NCBI GenBank assembly: GCA_964019425.1
Contig: OZ025786.1
Span: forward strand, 1,302,001 to 1,366,000
Direction: 5' to 3'
Origin: Flectonema sp. DT1601
Lineage: Eukaryota
DNA: 64,000 nucleotides
Both the position numbers and the translations under genes were made by a program. Shown here one piece after another: positions 1 to 11,823 of the stretch; positions within the stretch are counted from its first letter, which is position 1, and each line of letters starts with the position of its first letter. The notes beneath the pieces are model-generated. The model did no database searches. It was given only the letters and a program-made list of their open reading frames with translations, and was not told the origin of the DNA.

Positions 1-3000
1 ATGTGAGTAGTATCCATCAAAGGACCTCATCACAGAGGAGTTGGTTACGAGAACTGTTTTTTCTTTTGATAGTATTTCTCTGACAGCCATGTCCACAGTT
101 GAGAACAAGTGTAGAGAATCATCAAACAAGCAAACAATTATTAATTTCGGATCCCTGTTTTCAGCAGACGACAACTCAAATTCCAATTCCTCTTTTGTTT
201 TAACGGCACCAACATCTATCAATACGATGTCCCTATCTTTACTTTGAAAGAGATATTCACTTTGATCAACTGTCACATGCATTGGTCCCCCAAGACTCAA
301 AACCATATCAAGACTGGTATGGGATACGTCTAAGGGAACACCAAAACAGTGCCTCAAAGACTTTTTTGCTTCGTCTGCTGAACCACAAACTGAAAGTAAC
401 ATTGCCAGCTGTTCATCAGCTGGTGGATCTGTGCATATTAATTCATCATCAAGCTTACCAAGTCCGTGACAATGACCGCGGACCTTCCCTTCCTCAATAA
501 CCCAATTCTTCAGAGCAGTCGATCCATCATCGGCCACGAAGAAACAGTGCTTCTGAAATCTGTTTAAAAGCGGTGGTGGAAAAGCATGATACGCATCCCA
601 GCGATTCGCAAGCAACAATAGTTTGAAGTTTTTGTGAACCGAAACTTTTATTTTAGTCCTTCCAAGACCAATGTCTACCAACTGTTGACCATCGAATTCA
701 GTAAAGTGTTTATTAAATAAATCATAAAGACTTTCATAAGAAGTGTTCGCATTTAATAAAACTAATCCACGACCGCTGTTTAAGATTGGTCGGATTCTTG
801 ATATCAACTTCTTTGTGTACTCGAGGTCTGAATCTCTTGAGAACCCACTTCCTGAAACAACTTCAAACCCGTCGGGAAGCAGTTTTTCTAGTTCAGGTTT
901 TAAGTAAGAAAGTGTCGACGAAATATTCGACGACACAATCAGTGGAAACCTTCCGTTGTCGATGTCTTGGAATGAACTTGAGATTTCAGTTTGAGAGAGA
1001 GTAAAATTAAATGCCCGGATTGGGATTCCCATTTTAGATTCGAATATCTTATCCACCGCCAACTGAGGAGTTCTAGGAAGTCCTGAAAAGTTCTTATGAA
1101 CAATAGTTCGAATACAATGAGGAACTGGATCAGGTAGTGAAACAATCATCTTCACGCAGTTGTAGAAATCTCTCAAAGCGTAGAATGCTCCTTCTGGAAA
1201 TTCTTTCATTCCTCTCATGAATTCAGCGGCTTCCTTAAATCCAATGGAAAGACCAGTTAAGAACTTCTCCAACACTTGATGACTACTTCCAGCAAATAAC
1301 TTCGCAGTTTCTAATAAAACTTCATCTGATGGCATACTACGAGTTAAGAACAGACCTCGATTCATCTTTGCTGGATCAATATTCCAATTTGAAGTCAGGA
1401 TGCAGGGACGTTCTTCTTCATCAAACTTCTCATGAAGAAGTTTCAACGGCATTTCTGGACTCATTTCAGCGAGACCTGCTTCTTCCAGAACGACGACGTC
1501 GTTTTTGTTTCGAGAGCAATCATCAAAATGGTCAGACAAATCTTTTGCCGTCGTATGAGGAGAACACTGTAGAACTCTTAATGTTGCTTCTGGTAGTTTT
1601 CGAAATAAAGAATTCTGACTCGCAATCCCAATCATCACCTCAGAGACAATACTTTTTGATAAAGACTTACTGGTACCAGGAGGTCCGATAATAAAGACTG
1701 GAATCTTAAGAGTAATTCCAACAATCATCATAAACACATTATCTCTAAGAGCATCATTCAGAACTATACCTTTCGGTAGTTTAATGCATTCCATGAAACG
1801 ATTCTGAACTTGTAGGACGGTACTCTCAAAAGTATCTCCGAGTTTTGAGTAAAGACCGCTTCTGTTATTTAATTTAGAAACATAAACAACATGAATTGCG
1901 ACCATACTCGCTGAATCTGATGTCATCCCTAACTCAGCACAAAGTGATCCCATGAATAACTTATACACAGATATGACTCGCGCCACGTCTCGAAAACTCA
2001 CAAAACGATAGTCGCTGTCGTCAGAGTATTTTATATAAGAGTGAGCAACTTTAACTAAATCAACGAAATAATAATTTACGATATTTTCTGATTCGATTGC
2101 TTCCTCAATAGACTGACACATAATCTCTTGATCCATGTCAGGGAACTTTATACAATATTGTTTAAGTGTTTCAGGTAAACTGTGAACTCGATAAACCTTG
2201 TCCGCGAGATTTGTTGAATTCCCTGACAACACTTGTAATCCCTGATGACGATATCTCTCTAGTTCTTTATTTGTTCGTTTACGATCAGGGTTGATCGCAC
2301 CAATAAAGGTTACGTTCTCGAACAAACCGTTTGTTGCCAACGACTTACCGTCAACACGAAAATCACAAATCGCTTCTTTAAGAAGATCAACTGCAGAAGT
2401 TGTGTTCATCTCGTCCAGGAATATCAAAGTCTTCTTTCTTTTTGTTTTATCTTTCGTACTTCGGTATCTGTTGTGTGCCTTCTCAATTACCTTCAGTAAC
2501 ATTTCTTTAATTCGAAACATATCATATCCACCATGAATAGTAATCACTTCCAGAGATAAGTTACGAAGAGCACACCAACACTTTACTAAATAAGTTTTTC
2601 CACAACCCGTCTCACCCTCCAATATGATAGGAATACGTGCTGTGTACCAAGTGTCTAACTGAACCATTAAATCAGCGAGTTCGCGAGTCCATGTAAAAGA
2701 CTCATAGCCAATCGGAGTAGAACGGTTTCTGTATTCATCAATAATTGAATTGTCCAAGTTTAAGAAAGGATAGGTTTGAGTATTGTTTACTTTCGTAATC
2801 CTTTTTATGATATTCGGTTCTGCTGCACGACTGCCATTCGTACGATAAAAAGCTGAGAGTGTCGCCCACTGCGTCATGGGCATCGTACCAAGTCTTCTCA
2901 TAAGGTCATTTTTCTGTGACTTACTCACATCACGGAAGCTAACGTTGTCCCGATTCCAGGTTTTGAGATCGACTACTTCTTTGTTAAATAAATTAAGCAA

Positions 3001-6000
3001 CTCTGTGCTACGTTGTATTTCAATAGTAATTGGCTGGTTGAAAGTGTGAGCCTTTGATTCACCGTCAACTAGAGACTTGAGAATTATAATTTGAAAAAGC
3101 AGCCTATCCACATCAGACTTGTTGATGACTGCATCTCCAATTCTAATTACTAAGTTTTGCTTTCTTGTGCATTGCATACCTACAAAAGCGTATTCAACCT
3201 TGTCACCGTTTACAGTGACTACCCTACGAGGTCGGTCTCCCAAAGACTTTTTGATGAAGCGAGTCTTTCCACAACCAGCATCACCTACAATGCAACAAGC
3301 ATTGACAGTTGGCAGCGTTGTGTTTTTAATATTCAGGATTTCGAAAAAATCATTCTTAGGTTCGATAACATCAGCGAAGAGTAAACAAACATCAGTTGCA
3401 ACATCCTCCACGGTCTTCATTAGAAGTTTTTGAAGAGAATACGTCAAGTGACTGATGTTGGTGCAGGCATACACAACTTTAGGGAATAGATTGATTCTTC
3501 TGATAAAAAGATTCACATCTTCTTCCGTTGTAGTTCGGTGTCCCAACAACATCGACCATCGTGAAGGCAGAACTTTAGTTAGACTCACATAACCTTGAAC
3601 AATAGTAGCATACGGACAGCTAGTTCCCTCTAGTCGAACGTGAAAGGCTCCCGGTCGTGTGTGTGATGAAGCACGGGGAGCTCCGTATGCGCCAGGACAT
3701 TCTTCTGCTGTAGATAATAAAGGAGACCAGTAATTGTCTTTAGATCTCAGAACTGCCATCGGTACATTCGCGAGAACTGGATTTCGTTTTTGCCTCACCA
3801 GAAGACTTTTATTCCAAGTTTGTAATTCAATCTTCCATTCTTCTTCCAAATTACGAAGCTCAGCTGTTGTATCAACAGAGTACTCTTTGTAATCATAGAT
3901 GTTCCATGTGCCTGACTTCCTGGTGTTGATGAAGGTAGTTGCGGCACTCTTTGCGGCTTTGAAAAGGCTATTTGCCAGTTTTCTGTTTTCCAGATGCCCT
4001 CCTTCTAAATTTGTGAACCCAAAGTTCACAGTCGTCATAAATTCCTCCCACTCTGTAAAACTCATTTCGAAATCGTTATCGGGAAACCTTCCCGTTAAAT
4101 AAAGAACATCGTTGATTGCGAGGCTTAATTCAGAATCAACCTCTGTTTTAATAAAAACACGGGAGTTGGAAACGATGGACAGTTTTCGCATGTCTCTCCC
4201 TCCATCATTTTTCAAATCAGCGACAAGAACTTTAATAGCAGGAAGGTTTTCAACTAATTTGGAGCTCACTTCTGGTAAGTCAGCCAGTGATTCCGATACT
4301 CTGTACTGGTGAGCTTTACTCAACTCTCTTATTATGTGTTGCAGCTTTGGATCGTGAGTGGTGTGGTCTAACGCAACAGGAACGAAATTGATGAAATTTC
4401 TTCTATCAGGAAACATTGACCTCAGCAAGTCAATAACTGGCTTCAACATCCTCTTAGTAGTGTATTTGTTAGCATTACGGCGATCAAAGCCAGCTGCTGT
4501 GAACCCATCGATTAATGCTTGCAGCCCCATGACTGGAAGATCACAAGGTTCCTGATAAGGAAAAAAACTAAATCCATGTGATATATGCATCCAGTCTCTG
4601 ATTGCTCCGATGCAAGATAAGTTTTCCGCATGCTTTAAAAGGACAGGTATATTATCATTGTTCCCACCTAGTACGGTTGTAACTAATTCCAACACATCTT
4701 TCTCAATCCATTTCACGTTATCCTTTTGAATAATTATGTTATCCGGTGCGCCAGATAGGAATAATCGTTTTATTTCAAGAAGAATGGAGCGTACCCTTAC
4801 AGCACTTGAATTTACGTCTCCTTCACTTTGTAAGAAAGGAAAGAGTTGATTCCTTTTCTCAAGTGACATTGTATCCAATAAAGGCATACCCTTTAAGATA
4901 TCCCACCAGCTGATGTATTCCCAGAACTCACTATCGGTTTTCTTGAGTTCTTTGAAAGATGGCTGAGATGTTATCACCTTGTGAGAAGTAACCAAATGAT
5001 CGCTGATTCGAGAAGCAATCTTCTTTGGGAGTTTAACAACTTTCAGAAACGAATTATATAGAATTCGTTTGTTTTCAATATTTTTCCGAATTGCATGCCA
5101 TGCAGCTACCTCCTTGTTGAATGCATCCCAGTCATATGGCTGTTCAAGTTTGTCGTAAAGCTCTTCCTCAAGTTGTAGTTCGAATAGGTTTGGGATGTCA
5201 CGGGACTCTCTGTTAATTACTTTCTCAATTCTTTTTATTAAAATATTTGTAAGCTCACCAATAAGATTTGTAATTGTCAATAATATCTCATCAGTTAGAT
5301 ATAATCCGTCCTCGGTAGGAACACTCTTCGATTCTTTATTCTGTGTCACTACATTGGTGTGATTCTTTATAAACTTTTCATAAATTGAGACAGCTGTTAT
5401 CATCGACATTCCATTTGATCGCGTCTCCGGTGATTTCAAAGACATGATCAGAACGTGAGGAATGTATTTGTAAAGCACACGATTCGTCTGCGCAGCATTT
5501 AGAAATAGTGATCGAGACTGACTGACAAGTGAAACAATAAATTTAACATCAATAGCCCAAGGTTCCAAACTATTCTCTTCAAGAGATTGGATCAGACTTT
5601 CGATTGGTGGCATTAAGTTTGCGACATCAATAGAATGCTGTTTCCAGCAGTTGTGTATTTTTTCTAATTTCTGTTTCAGAACAGTAGATCTATCAAACAA
5701 AACTTTCAGTTGATTGGGAACATCTTTTGAGAAATTAAAGTACCCGACTAATAATTCGATCATCACATCAACGTTTACATGTTCTGAATTAATTAATATT
5801 GCAACCAATTCTAATAACTGCGTCTTGGACTTCTCATGTCCCTTCCCTTCAGTAATAAAATACCCTTCTGTAAGAGAAGTGATTACATCAGCATCAGTTG
5901 TTGATTTCATTACTTTACTGACACTACACAAAATAGGAATCATTACTTCACTCACTCTTAATTCCTTAAGTTGGTATCTTGATAATTCACAAGATGACAT

Positions 6001-6747
6001 AATTAACAATACAGGAATCAGAAGTGGATACCGCACCGATAATTCTCCAAAGTGATGTTCTGGGATTCCTTCGAATGAAAAGAATCCTTCTCCGTAATCA
6101 ATCGGAATCTTTAACATCGTCATGCACTCTTCTTTATTCATCGGAATACGAGAAGACGACGACTTATGACTAGCACAGAGAAACAAGATGTGTAAGTTTC
6201 TGTACTGGTGAAGCTCTTCTAATTGTGGAATAGTAGCAGCTCGTTGTGACAGAAGAATAATTACTTCCGGCGGATAAGATGCATTTTTAAAGTACTCCAA
6301 GAAACTCCAAAGTGAAAGATTTGATTTCAGCAGTCCCAGTTCGAGGGTGTTTTCTGGAATATCTCTTTCACATGATAAGCTTTGAGACAGACAACGTGCC
6401 ACTTCTTGTTCATCCCAAGAAGTCAGCGACTTTATAATACGCAATCGCGCATTGGCGTTGTTAACGACACCCTCAACAGCGTCTTCACTGAGACCTCGAC
6501 AGTCTAAAAACATTTTCATGTTTTGTGGAAATGATACCTTGCGAGTCTTTGTTTTCCTTTTTTTACCATCCCCATCTGTCACCTCATAGTGAATGTTGAG
6601 TTCAGCAAGTGGTTCGGTCTTAATATCAGCATTCAGAGTGTAACGCATACACTGCAAGGATACCCTTCTTGTTTGTGTACCGACCTCCATTATAAGAATG
6701 CATTCTTTTATAATGGTGTTCTCATCCTTACCCAGCTGGACTCTCAT
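1..6747 (-). CDS. RNF213 (mysterin)-like giant multi-AAA+ ATPase, N-terminal >2,200 aa, continues beyond window start
   Basis: Same minus frame is open wherever sampled from ATG at 6747 to base 1; no stop inside the window explains its absence from the ORF track. Motifs in RNF213 order: RIPIILEGETGCGKT (~2593-2637), LIFLDEMNT, FIGAINP, VYRVHSLP, FVSFRDV, NVFMMIVGITLKIPVFIIGPPGTSKS. Not every codon was checked. Confidence 0.85.
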   Translation of the reverse strand, partial: MRVQLGKDENTIIKECILIMEVGTQTRRVSLQCMRYTLNADIKTEPLAELNIHYEVTDGDGKKRKTKTRKVSFPQNMKMFLDCRGLSEDAVEGVVNNANARLRIIKSLTSWDEQEVARCLSQSLSCERDIPENTLELGLLKSNLSLWSFLEYFKNASYPPEVIILLSQRAATIPQLEELHQYRNLHILFLCASHKSSSSRIPMNKEECMTMLKIPIDYGEGFFSFEGIPEHHFGELSVRYPLLIPVLLIMSSCELSRYQLKELRVSEVMIPILCSVSKVMKSTTDADVITSLTEGYFITEGKGHEKSKTQLLELVAILINSEHVNVDVMIELLVGYFNFSKDVPNQLKVLFDRSTVLKQKLEKIHNCWKQHSIDVANLMPPIESLIQSLEENSLEPWAIDVKFIVSLVSQSRSLFLNAAQTNRVLYKYIPHVLIMSLKSPETRSNGMSMITAVSIYEKFIKNHTNVVTQNKESKSVPTEDGLYLTDEILLTITNLIGELTNILIKRIEKVINRESRDIPNLFELQLEEELYDKLEQPYDWDAFNKEVAAWHAIRKNIENKRILYNSFLKVVKLPKKIASRISDHLVTSHKVITSQPSFKELKKTDSEFWEYISWWDILKGMPLLDTMSLEKRNQLFPFLQSEGDVNSSAVRVRSILLEIKRLFLSGAPDNIIIQKDNVKWIEKDVLELVTTVLGGNNDNIPVLLKHAENLSCIGAIRDWMHISHGFSFFPYQEPCDLPVMGLQALIDGFTAAGFDRRNANKYTTKRMLKPVIDLLRSMFPDRRNFINFVPVALDHTTHDPKLQHIIRELSKAHQYRVSESLADLPEVSSKLVENLPAIKVLVADLKNDGGRDMRKLSIVSNSRVFIKTEVDSELSLAINDVLYLTGRFPDNDFEMSFTEWEEFMTTVNFGFTNLEGGHLENRKLANSLFKAAKSAATTFINTRKSGTWNIYDYKEYSVDTTAELRNLEEEWKIELQTWNKSLLVRQKRNPVLANVPMAVLRSKDNYWSPLLSTAEECPGAYGAPRASSHTRPGAFHVRLEGTSCPYATIVQGYVSLTKVLPSRWSMLLGHRTTTEEDVNLFIRRINLFPKVVYACTNISHLTYSLQKLLMKTVEDVATDVCLLFADVIEPKNDFFEILNIKNTTLPTVNACCIVGDAGCGKTRFIKKSLGDRPRRVVTVNGDKVEYAFVGMQCTRKQNLVIRIGDAVINKSDVDRLLFQIIILKSLVDGESKAHTFNQPITIEIQRSTELLNLFNKEVVDLKTWNRDNVSFRDVSKSQKNDLMRRLGTMPMTQWATLSAFYRTNGSRAAEPNIIKRITKVNNTQTYPFLNLDNSIIDEYRNRSTPIGYESFTWTRELADLMVQLDTWYTARIPIILEGETGCGKTYLVKCWCALRNLSLEVITIHGGYDMFRIKEMLLKVIEKAHNRYRSTKDKTKRKKTLIFLDEMNTTSAVDLLKEAICDFRVDGKSLATNGLFENVTFIGAINPDRKRTNKELERYRHQGLQVLSGNSTNLADKVYRVHSLPETLKQYCIKFPDMDQEIMCQSIEEAIESENIVNYYFVDLVKVAHSYIKYSDDSDYRFVSFRDVARVISVYKLFMGSLCAELGMTSDSASMVAIHVVYVSKLNNRSGLYSKLGDTFESTVLQVQNRFMECIKLPKGIVLNDALRDNVFMMIVGITLKIPVFIIGPPGTSKSLSKSIVSEVMIGIASQNSLFRKLPEATLRVLQCSPHTTAKDLSDHFDDCSRNKNDVVVLEEAGLAEMSPEMPLKLLHEKFDEEERPCILTSNWNIDPAKMNRGLFLTRSMPSDEVLLETAKLFAGSSHQVLEKFLTGLSIGFKEAAEFMRGMKEFPEGAFYALRDFYNCVKMIVSLPDPVPHCIRTIVHKNFSGLPRTPQLAVDKIFESKMGIPIRAFNFTLSQTEISSSFQDIDNGRFPLIVSSNISSTLSYLKPELEKLLPDGFEVVSGSGFSRDSDLEYTKKLISRIRPILNSGRGLVLLNANTSYESLYDLFNKHFTEFDGQQLVDIGLGRTKIKVSVHKNFKLLLLANRWDAYHAFPPPLLNRFQKHCFFVADDGSTALKNWVIEEGKVRGHCHGLGKLDDELICTDPPADEQLAMLLSVCGSADEAKKSLRHCFGVPLDVSHTSLDMVLSLGGPMHVTVDQSEYLFQSKDRDIVLIDVGAVKTKEELEFELSSAENRDPKLIIVCLFDDSLHLFSTVDMAVREILSKEKTVLVTNSSVMRSFDGYYSH

Positions 6748-7354
6748 TTATTGAACACGTTGATTACGTTGTTGTTATATATTTTCCTGTTTAAGAAGTA
6801 GTCTTTGTATTAAAGAAGTGGTCGCAAAGTAAATCACAAAACATTATAATCGCTTATCGTTCATATAAAGCAAGAATTCATCTTGTTGTTTTAAAGTCTT
6901 GGAGTTTTACTCAACCAGTCGGAGGGGGTAATTTGATACTGCATTCTTAAGCTCAAAAGTAACAACAATTTCTCAGACAATCTTGACTGTCAGCGGCAGC
7001 GTAGTAAATGACTGCAAATAAATAAATAATACCACTGGAGCGCCACTTGCCTATGGTACCGTAACAGCTTTTTATAAAACTCATGAGTACTTAATTAATA
7101 ATTATTGTCTTGAAAATTAACCATAGAAAAAGACGAACACAGGGGGAAGAGTAACCTGATGGAATGAAGAAAGATGGCTTAAGCCTATACGGATACACTC
7201 TCTCATACTCCATACTGCTGAACCTGCTGAGGTGTGAGTGAAACTTATCTCATCTTACTACTTCCGTATTTCTGTGAATTCACCGAACAGAACTTATAAC
7301 TGAGATTCATAATAATACGAACTAAACGATGTTATAAATAGTACACAGTTTCTA

Positions 7355-7897
7355 TTACACTGGATCAACAGAACAAGGATTAATATTTATTACAGATCCA
7401 CGCTGATGTTTTGAAGCGAGGAGATGTCTCCTTCGTGACCCGCGTTGCTTTCTAACTCGATTCTTTGCATCAGGTGCTGATGGATCACTCTTTTCAAGAA
7501 TGACGGCGGTACCAGAGACATGTGTAAAATAAAAAGCTGAAGACGGAATAAGCAATTTCGGGAAGAATGGCAATCGTCTGACCCATGTAGTTGAGATTTG
7601 TTCTCTAAAGTTCAGAACGGCATTGCCTCCGCGAGATTCTGCCTCAGCCAGTGCTCTGGCGGTAGCTCTTCGAATCGAATCATTCATTCTGTGTTTGGCT
7701 TGTTCCATTGGCCCCCCAACAACATTAGCAATAGAGCTCTTTATATCGCTATACCCACCACCACAGACACAACTACTGCCTGTGACAGTTCCTAATTCTT
7801 TAGAAATGCTGTACCCCACGAAGTTAGCCCTGTTTGTCAGTAGTAACCTACTTAAGTGTCGCATGTTGAAAACCCTGTTGAGCGTACCGGAATTCAT
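7355..7897 (-). CDS. YbjQ/UPF0145 family (putative heavy-metal-binding) protein
   Basis: ORF with GYSISKELGTVTG...DIKSSIANVVGG...ALAEAESRGGNAVLNFR...SGTAV, the UPF0145 pattern. Confidence 0.8.
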   Translation of the reverse strand: MNSGTLNRVFNMRHLSRLLLTNRANFVGYSISKELGTVTGSSCVCGGGYSDIKSSIANVVGGPMEQAKHRMNDSIRRATARALAEAESRGGNAVLNFREQISTTWVRRLPFFPKLLIPSSAFYFTHVSGTAVILEKSDPSAPDAKNRVRKQRGSRRRHLLASKHQRGSVININPCSVDPV

Positions 7898-8314
7898 GAG
7901 TAGGTACGGTTGATTTTAAATTTTAAAAAAAAGGGAAGCCAACATCACATTTTTTTTTTATTTGCGCAACTGGTACGAAACTTGTTGTGTCTGTAGAATT
8001 GGTTAAATCACGCAATATGATTCTCAGTTCGAACAATAAGTTTTTCGTAGGTATAAAAAATAAATCATACATGCTGCCCTCCCCCTCCACTATCCATTTT
8101 ACCTCTTAAAACAGACGGAAAATAAGAATGTGTGACAAGGCTTTAAAAAAAAAAAATTTCAATTTTCAACTTTCACAGTACTGGATGACGCGTTTGTCAA
8201 CAACGCCCTACTTGCTAATAACAATAAAAAAAAGGAATACAAAGCAGTGACCAATGAGAGATTTATTCAATTTCTTTAAATGTGATGAACAATAAAACAA
8301 TGACAAGAAAAGAC

Positions 8315-9742
8315 CTACAACTCCATTTCGTCATTGATGCTGTGAAGTTGTTGCAAAACTGGAATCACATTCCTATTCGCAGATTGATAATTCTCAACTA
8401 TTGAAGAGTAACAAATATTACTCTGGTGGGATTCGAACTTGTTGAATGTCGCCATGACAGCTGGTTCACCCGTTGCGTTTCGATCCGAAAAACTGACATA
8501 CAAAAGATAACCAGTCGGACCTTCAACAAATGGGAGAGCTGTACCATGATACTTCAGCAGACATGATAAGGCAAAATCAGGTGAAGGAAAATCGAATATA
8601 AATCGATCTTCAGTACCAATTCCACATTGAGCACCAAGGGAATAAAAATAATTTACTAATAAGTGTCGAGTTCGGTCTGTGATGTATCCAAGAGGAAGTT
8701 CAGATACCAAAATACTTGATGAAACAGCGCAGTTCCATTCCAAACCTCGCAGGTCATTTGGAAATGAGAATCTATTCGGAGGAGGAAGTTGGTTAGAATG
8801 ATCCCAATAATGAGGATCATTCATTAATGGTGTTATTTGTAGTTCTGTTGCCTCACATGTCATAATTGATTCATAAATCATCAACTGATTGATCTTCGCA
8901 ATGACACTCGCTACTTCATCATAATTACCAAATTGAGCCAATGCCATCCTCACACCTTCAACTTCAATAAGTTGTAAATGAGAAACATTACTATAACAAC
9001 AAATAAGATTTCTAAGTACTGGAATAGTAAACAATTCAATTGGTATTCCCCCAATGCATACTACATTGCTGTGAAGTTGGTAGTCTCGTTGGAGGTTTGT
9101 TTTTCCTTGCACAAAGAATCCTCTTTTCTGACTATCCTCAAAATGTATTAATAAACTGCTATCAAGAATATATTTACCTGACAGTTGGGTTTTGCATTGG
9201 AAGGCTGCTGAGACTGTGTCCATAACAACCCAGCCATGAGATCCATCTTTTCGTCGTTCGATTCTTATTTTGAGTGGTCTACCACAGCGTCTAACAAGTC
9301 TTTCTAATACGTCTGCGTTAAACTTATTACCTGGATCAAGTACTACGGTAAAATATAAACAAGTTGGGATTCCTTTTACGGTGTTTACTTGTGGTGGATG
9401 TACTCGCATGAGTTCTGTAAAAATATTCGACGGTTGCTCTGCTCCAGTCATCGAGGTAATTTGATCTCCTGAATCAGAAATTACAACACCTCTCGCCTCT
9501 CCTTTAATCCCAAGTCGTATAACTTCCTTACGACCATCAATATGCATTCCTTCAAAGGCTCTCATACTTCTCAGACTGTCATTTTGTATCGTAGTCATCG
9601 CAGAAGCACAACATCCAACTGTACCAGGTCTCAATATTTTTATACTACTGCAATTTATACAATATGAGTCGAGTAATGCTCGGAGGTCTCGTTCAGTAAA
9701 ATCAGCTGGTAGACCACCAATAAACACTCTGGTATCTGACAT
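8315..9742 (-). CDS. Multi-RRM RNA-binding protein, PTB/hnRNP-L-like
   Basis: 475-aa intronless ORF with degenerate RRMs (VFIGGLP; GRPLKIRI...GWVVMDTVSAAFQCKTQLSGKYI; CIGGIP...ALAQF; ILVSELP). Confidence 0.7.
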   Translation of the reverse strand: MSDTRVFIGGLPADFTERDLRALLDSYCINCSSIKILRPGTVGCCASAMTTIQNDSLRSMRAFEGMHIDGRKEVIRLGIKGEARGVVISDSGDQITSMTGAEQPSNIFTELMRVHPPQVNTVKGIPTCLYFTVVLDPGNKFNADVLERLVRRCGRPLKIRIERRKDGSHGWVVMDTVSAAFQCKTQLSGKYILDSSLLIHFEDSQKRGFFVQGKTNLQRDYQLHSNVVCIGGIPIELFTIPVLRNLICCYSNVSHLQLIEVEGVRMALAQFGNYDEVASVIAKINQLMIYESIMTCEATELQITPLMNDPHYWDHSNQLPPPNRFSFPNDLRGLEWNCAVSSSILVSELPLGYITDRTRHLLVNYFYSLGAQCGIGTEDRFIFDFPSPDFALSCLLKYHGTALPFVEGPTGYLLYVSFSDRNATGEPAVMATFNKFESHQSNICYSSIVENYQSANRNVIPVLQQLHSINDEMEL

Positions 9743-10259
9743 GTGTAGTGAATGCTACCTGGATAGATACTAAAGGAAATATATTTATTATGCATCTTGC
9801 ATCAGAAGCAGAACAACGTCTCGATCGGAAGGATCCCCTCCGCGAACAGAGATAAGCAACGAGCCTATGATAAAAAATTCCACGGGTTATTTTATACAAA
9901 GACCGTTTGCGGAAATGAAAAGCATCTCTCAAGCCATTGTGACCGCTTGTTTATGTTTGTTACAAAATTTATTTGTTGAAGAAGAAAGAACTATTTCTCC
10001 CCCCACCCCTAAAACTAATGAGACGCAAAGTAATTCTGTCTCATCTTTATCTCCGTTTCGTCATCTGTCTTATCACCGATTTCATCATCGACCTTAACAA
10101 CTATCTCATCAGAGTTAACTGCCACCTTGGCACCCAATTTAACTCTTGGTTTGTTTATTATGTCATCACCATGTGTTTCATCGAACAAAAAATGCAAATG
10201 ACTTCTCAACGACATCATCGGTCTGCGATGACAATTTTAAAATGAACTCAGGGAACGAT

Positions 10260-10810
10260 AGTCTTCCACCACCGCTCTTTCGCCACTCAGCTGCATGCAT
10301 CCAGATTTGCGGAACTGAATCCCCCACACAAAGTGAAAAAAGTGACTGTGAAACCCCTCAGCATGAAAGGGAATGTAGGGCTGCTAGCTCTGAAACAACA
10401 TTGCAAGAGACAACTGAGACACAAACACTTCCTATCACTGTTTATAGAGGAAATTTGATTGAAATTGAGACTCAAACGGATCATTTAATTAATCAGGATG
10501 AAAGAAAACAACGCTTTTTATTAAACAAACGCAAACTTTTAGAAAATGAAATAGAACAACAGAAAGAATTAGTAGCGCACCTAACTGCACTATCTACCTC
10601 CCTAAAAGAAAAAAGCGAACTCTTGGAAAAAGAGAACCAACACCCGGTCACTGAACTTGAATTAGTGAAAAGTTCTCTTCCAACATTAGTTCAAAGAACT
10701 AACTCCTTGGAGGAAAGTAGGAGGAGTGAACTAGCACGACAAACACAAAAGGCGGACCATGCCGAAATGTTTTTTTTCAACTTACAACAAAGGTTCATTC
10801 TTTTAATGAG
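10260..10810 (+). pseudogene. Truncated remnant of the coiled-coil C-terminal extension of an H-related retrotransposon
   Basis: LLEKENQHPVTELELVKSSL...QKADHAEMFFFNLQQRFILL aligns to LLEKENQHLIAECDLVKSSL...QRADHAEMFYFNLQQRFILL in the 30966-34025 ORF. Left boundary approximate. Confidence 0.8.
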
Positions 10811-10818
10811 CCGATCGG

Positions 10819-11809
10819 CAGGGTGGAGGTGTTCACGATTTTTCACTTTGCTACACGAAAATTCACAATTTTTCACGATTTTTGACTTAATTTTTTGCTG
10901 CTTTCTGGTAGTGAAATCCCGTGAAAATGTGTGAATTCTAGTGAAAAAAGTGAGTGATATCCAGTGAATATTATGTGTTGCAATAGTACTGCTTTTGGAT
11001 CTCTATGTGTCTTCGTTGCAATCTCTGCTGTCTTAACGATGGTGTGTCGACATCAATGTTCTCATGTGGAACTCGCACAAGTAGGATGGTACCGTTGGTG
11101 CTGGTGTGCTGTGCGATGTCAAACCTGTTCAGTTTGCCATACATGTCACTTTGACAACTAAATGGGCATCGCTTGTGCCCAGTGACCCATCACCCTTCCT
11201 GACCATCGCTTGTGGTGAGGTTCCGGACTTTGGACCGGCGCATCGCATGTGCGGTGGGTTTAATCACTGAGGGGCTCATTCTCGTTCAGACTGTTCTGTT
11301 CTGTTCTGTTCTGTGGTGTCTTTCCATTACTCCCATCTCTGCCAGGAGACAGCCTGGCGTTAGCCTCGACACGGAAGGTCCCTTTCTTTCTTCTGGCAGC
11401 AGCCTTCTCAGCCGCCACTTCAGCGATGGCATTCTCCAGCTCTCCTTTCGTAGCGTTCCTTCTGGAGGATCATCTCTCTTCGTGCAGCCCAATAACTGAC
11501 GGAGTCAAGACCATGAAGCTGGCGGGTAAACTGCGGAATGCGGCGCATGGCGATGTGCTGCAAGAGGATCGGGACAACTGTACTTGGTGGCTGTGGGCGG
11601 AGATGCAGGGTCCCAGCAACAGTGTATTGCGATACACCGTCAACCTCCCTGAGTAGTTTTTTTTTACCAAGACCACAAATCTCAATATCAAAATTCACGA
11701 AAATTCACGATTTTTCACCATGTTTTTGGCAGTGAATTTTCGTGACAGGTAGTGATAACCCGTGACAAACCGTGAAGGATCGTGAAAATTCGTGAAACCT
11801 CCACCCCTG
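10819..11809. mobile_element. Non-autonomous hAT-like DNA transposon with GC-rich internal cargo
   Basis: TIRs CAGGGTGGAGGT...ACCTCCACCCCTG; 8-bp TSD CCGATCGG/CCGATCGC; subterminal TTCACG/CGTGAA repeats at both ends; no transposase. Confidence 0.75.
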
Positions 11810-11823
11810 CCGATCGCCTCATT

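Noticed and set aside
41..6801. Short plus-strand ORFs, or a non-standard genetic code
   Set aside because: They are antisense shadows of the long minus-strand gene, which reads in the standard code where sampled.
10015..10218. Possible 3' end of a truncated host gene
   Set aside because: Short, with no recognisable motif; cannot be supported.
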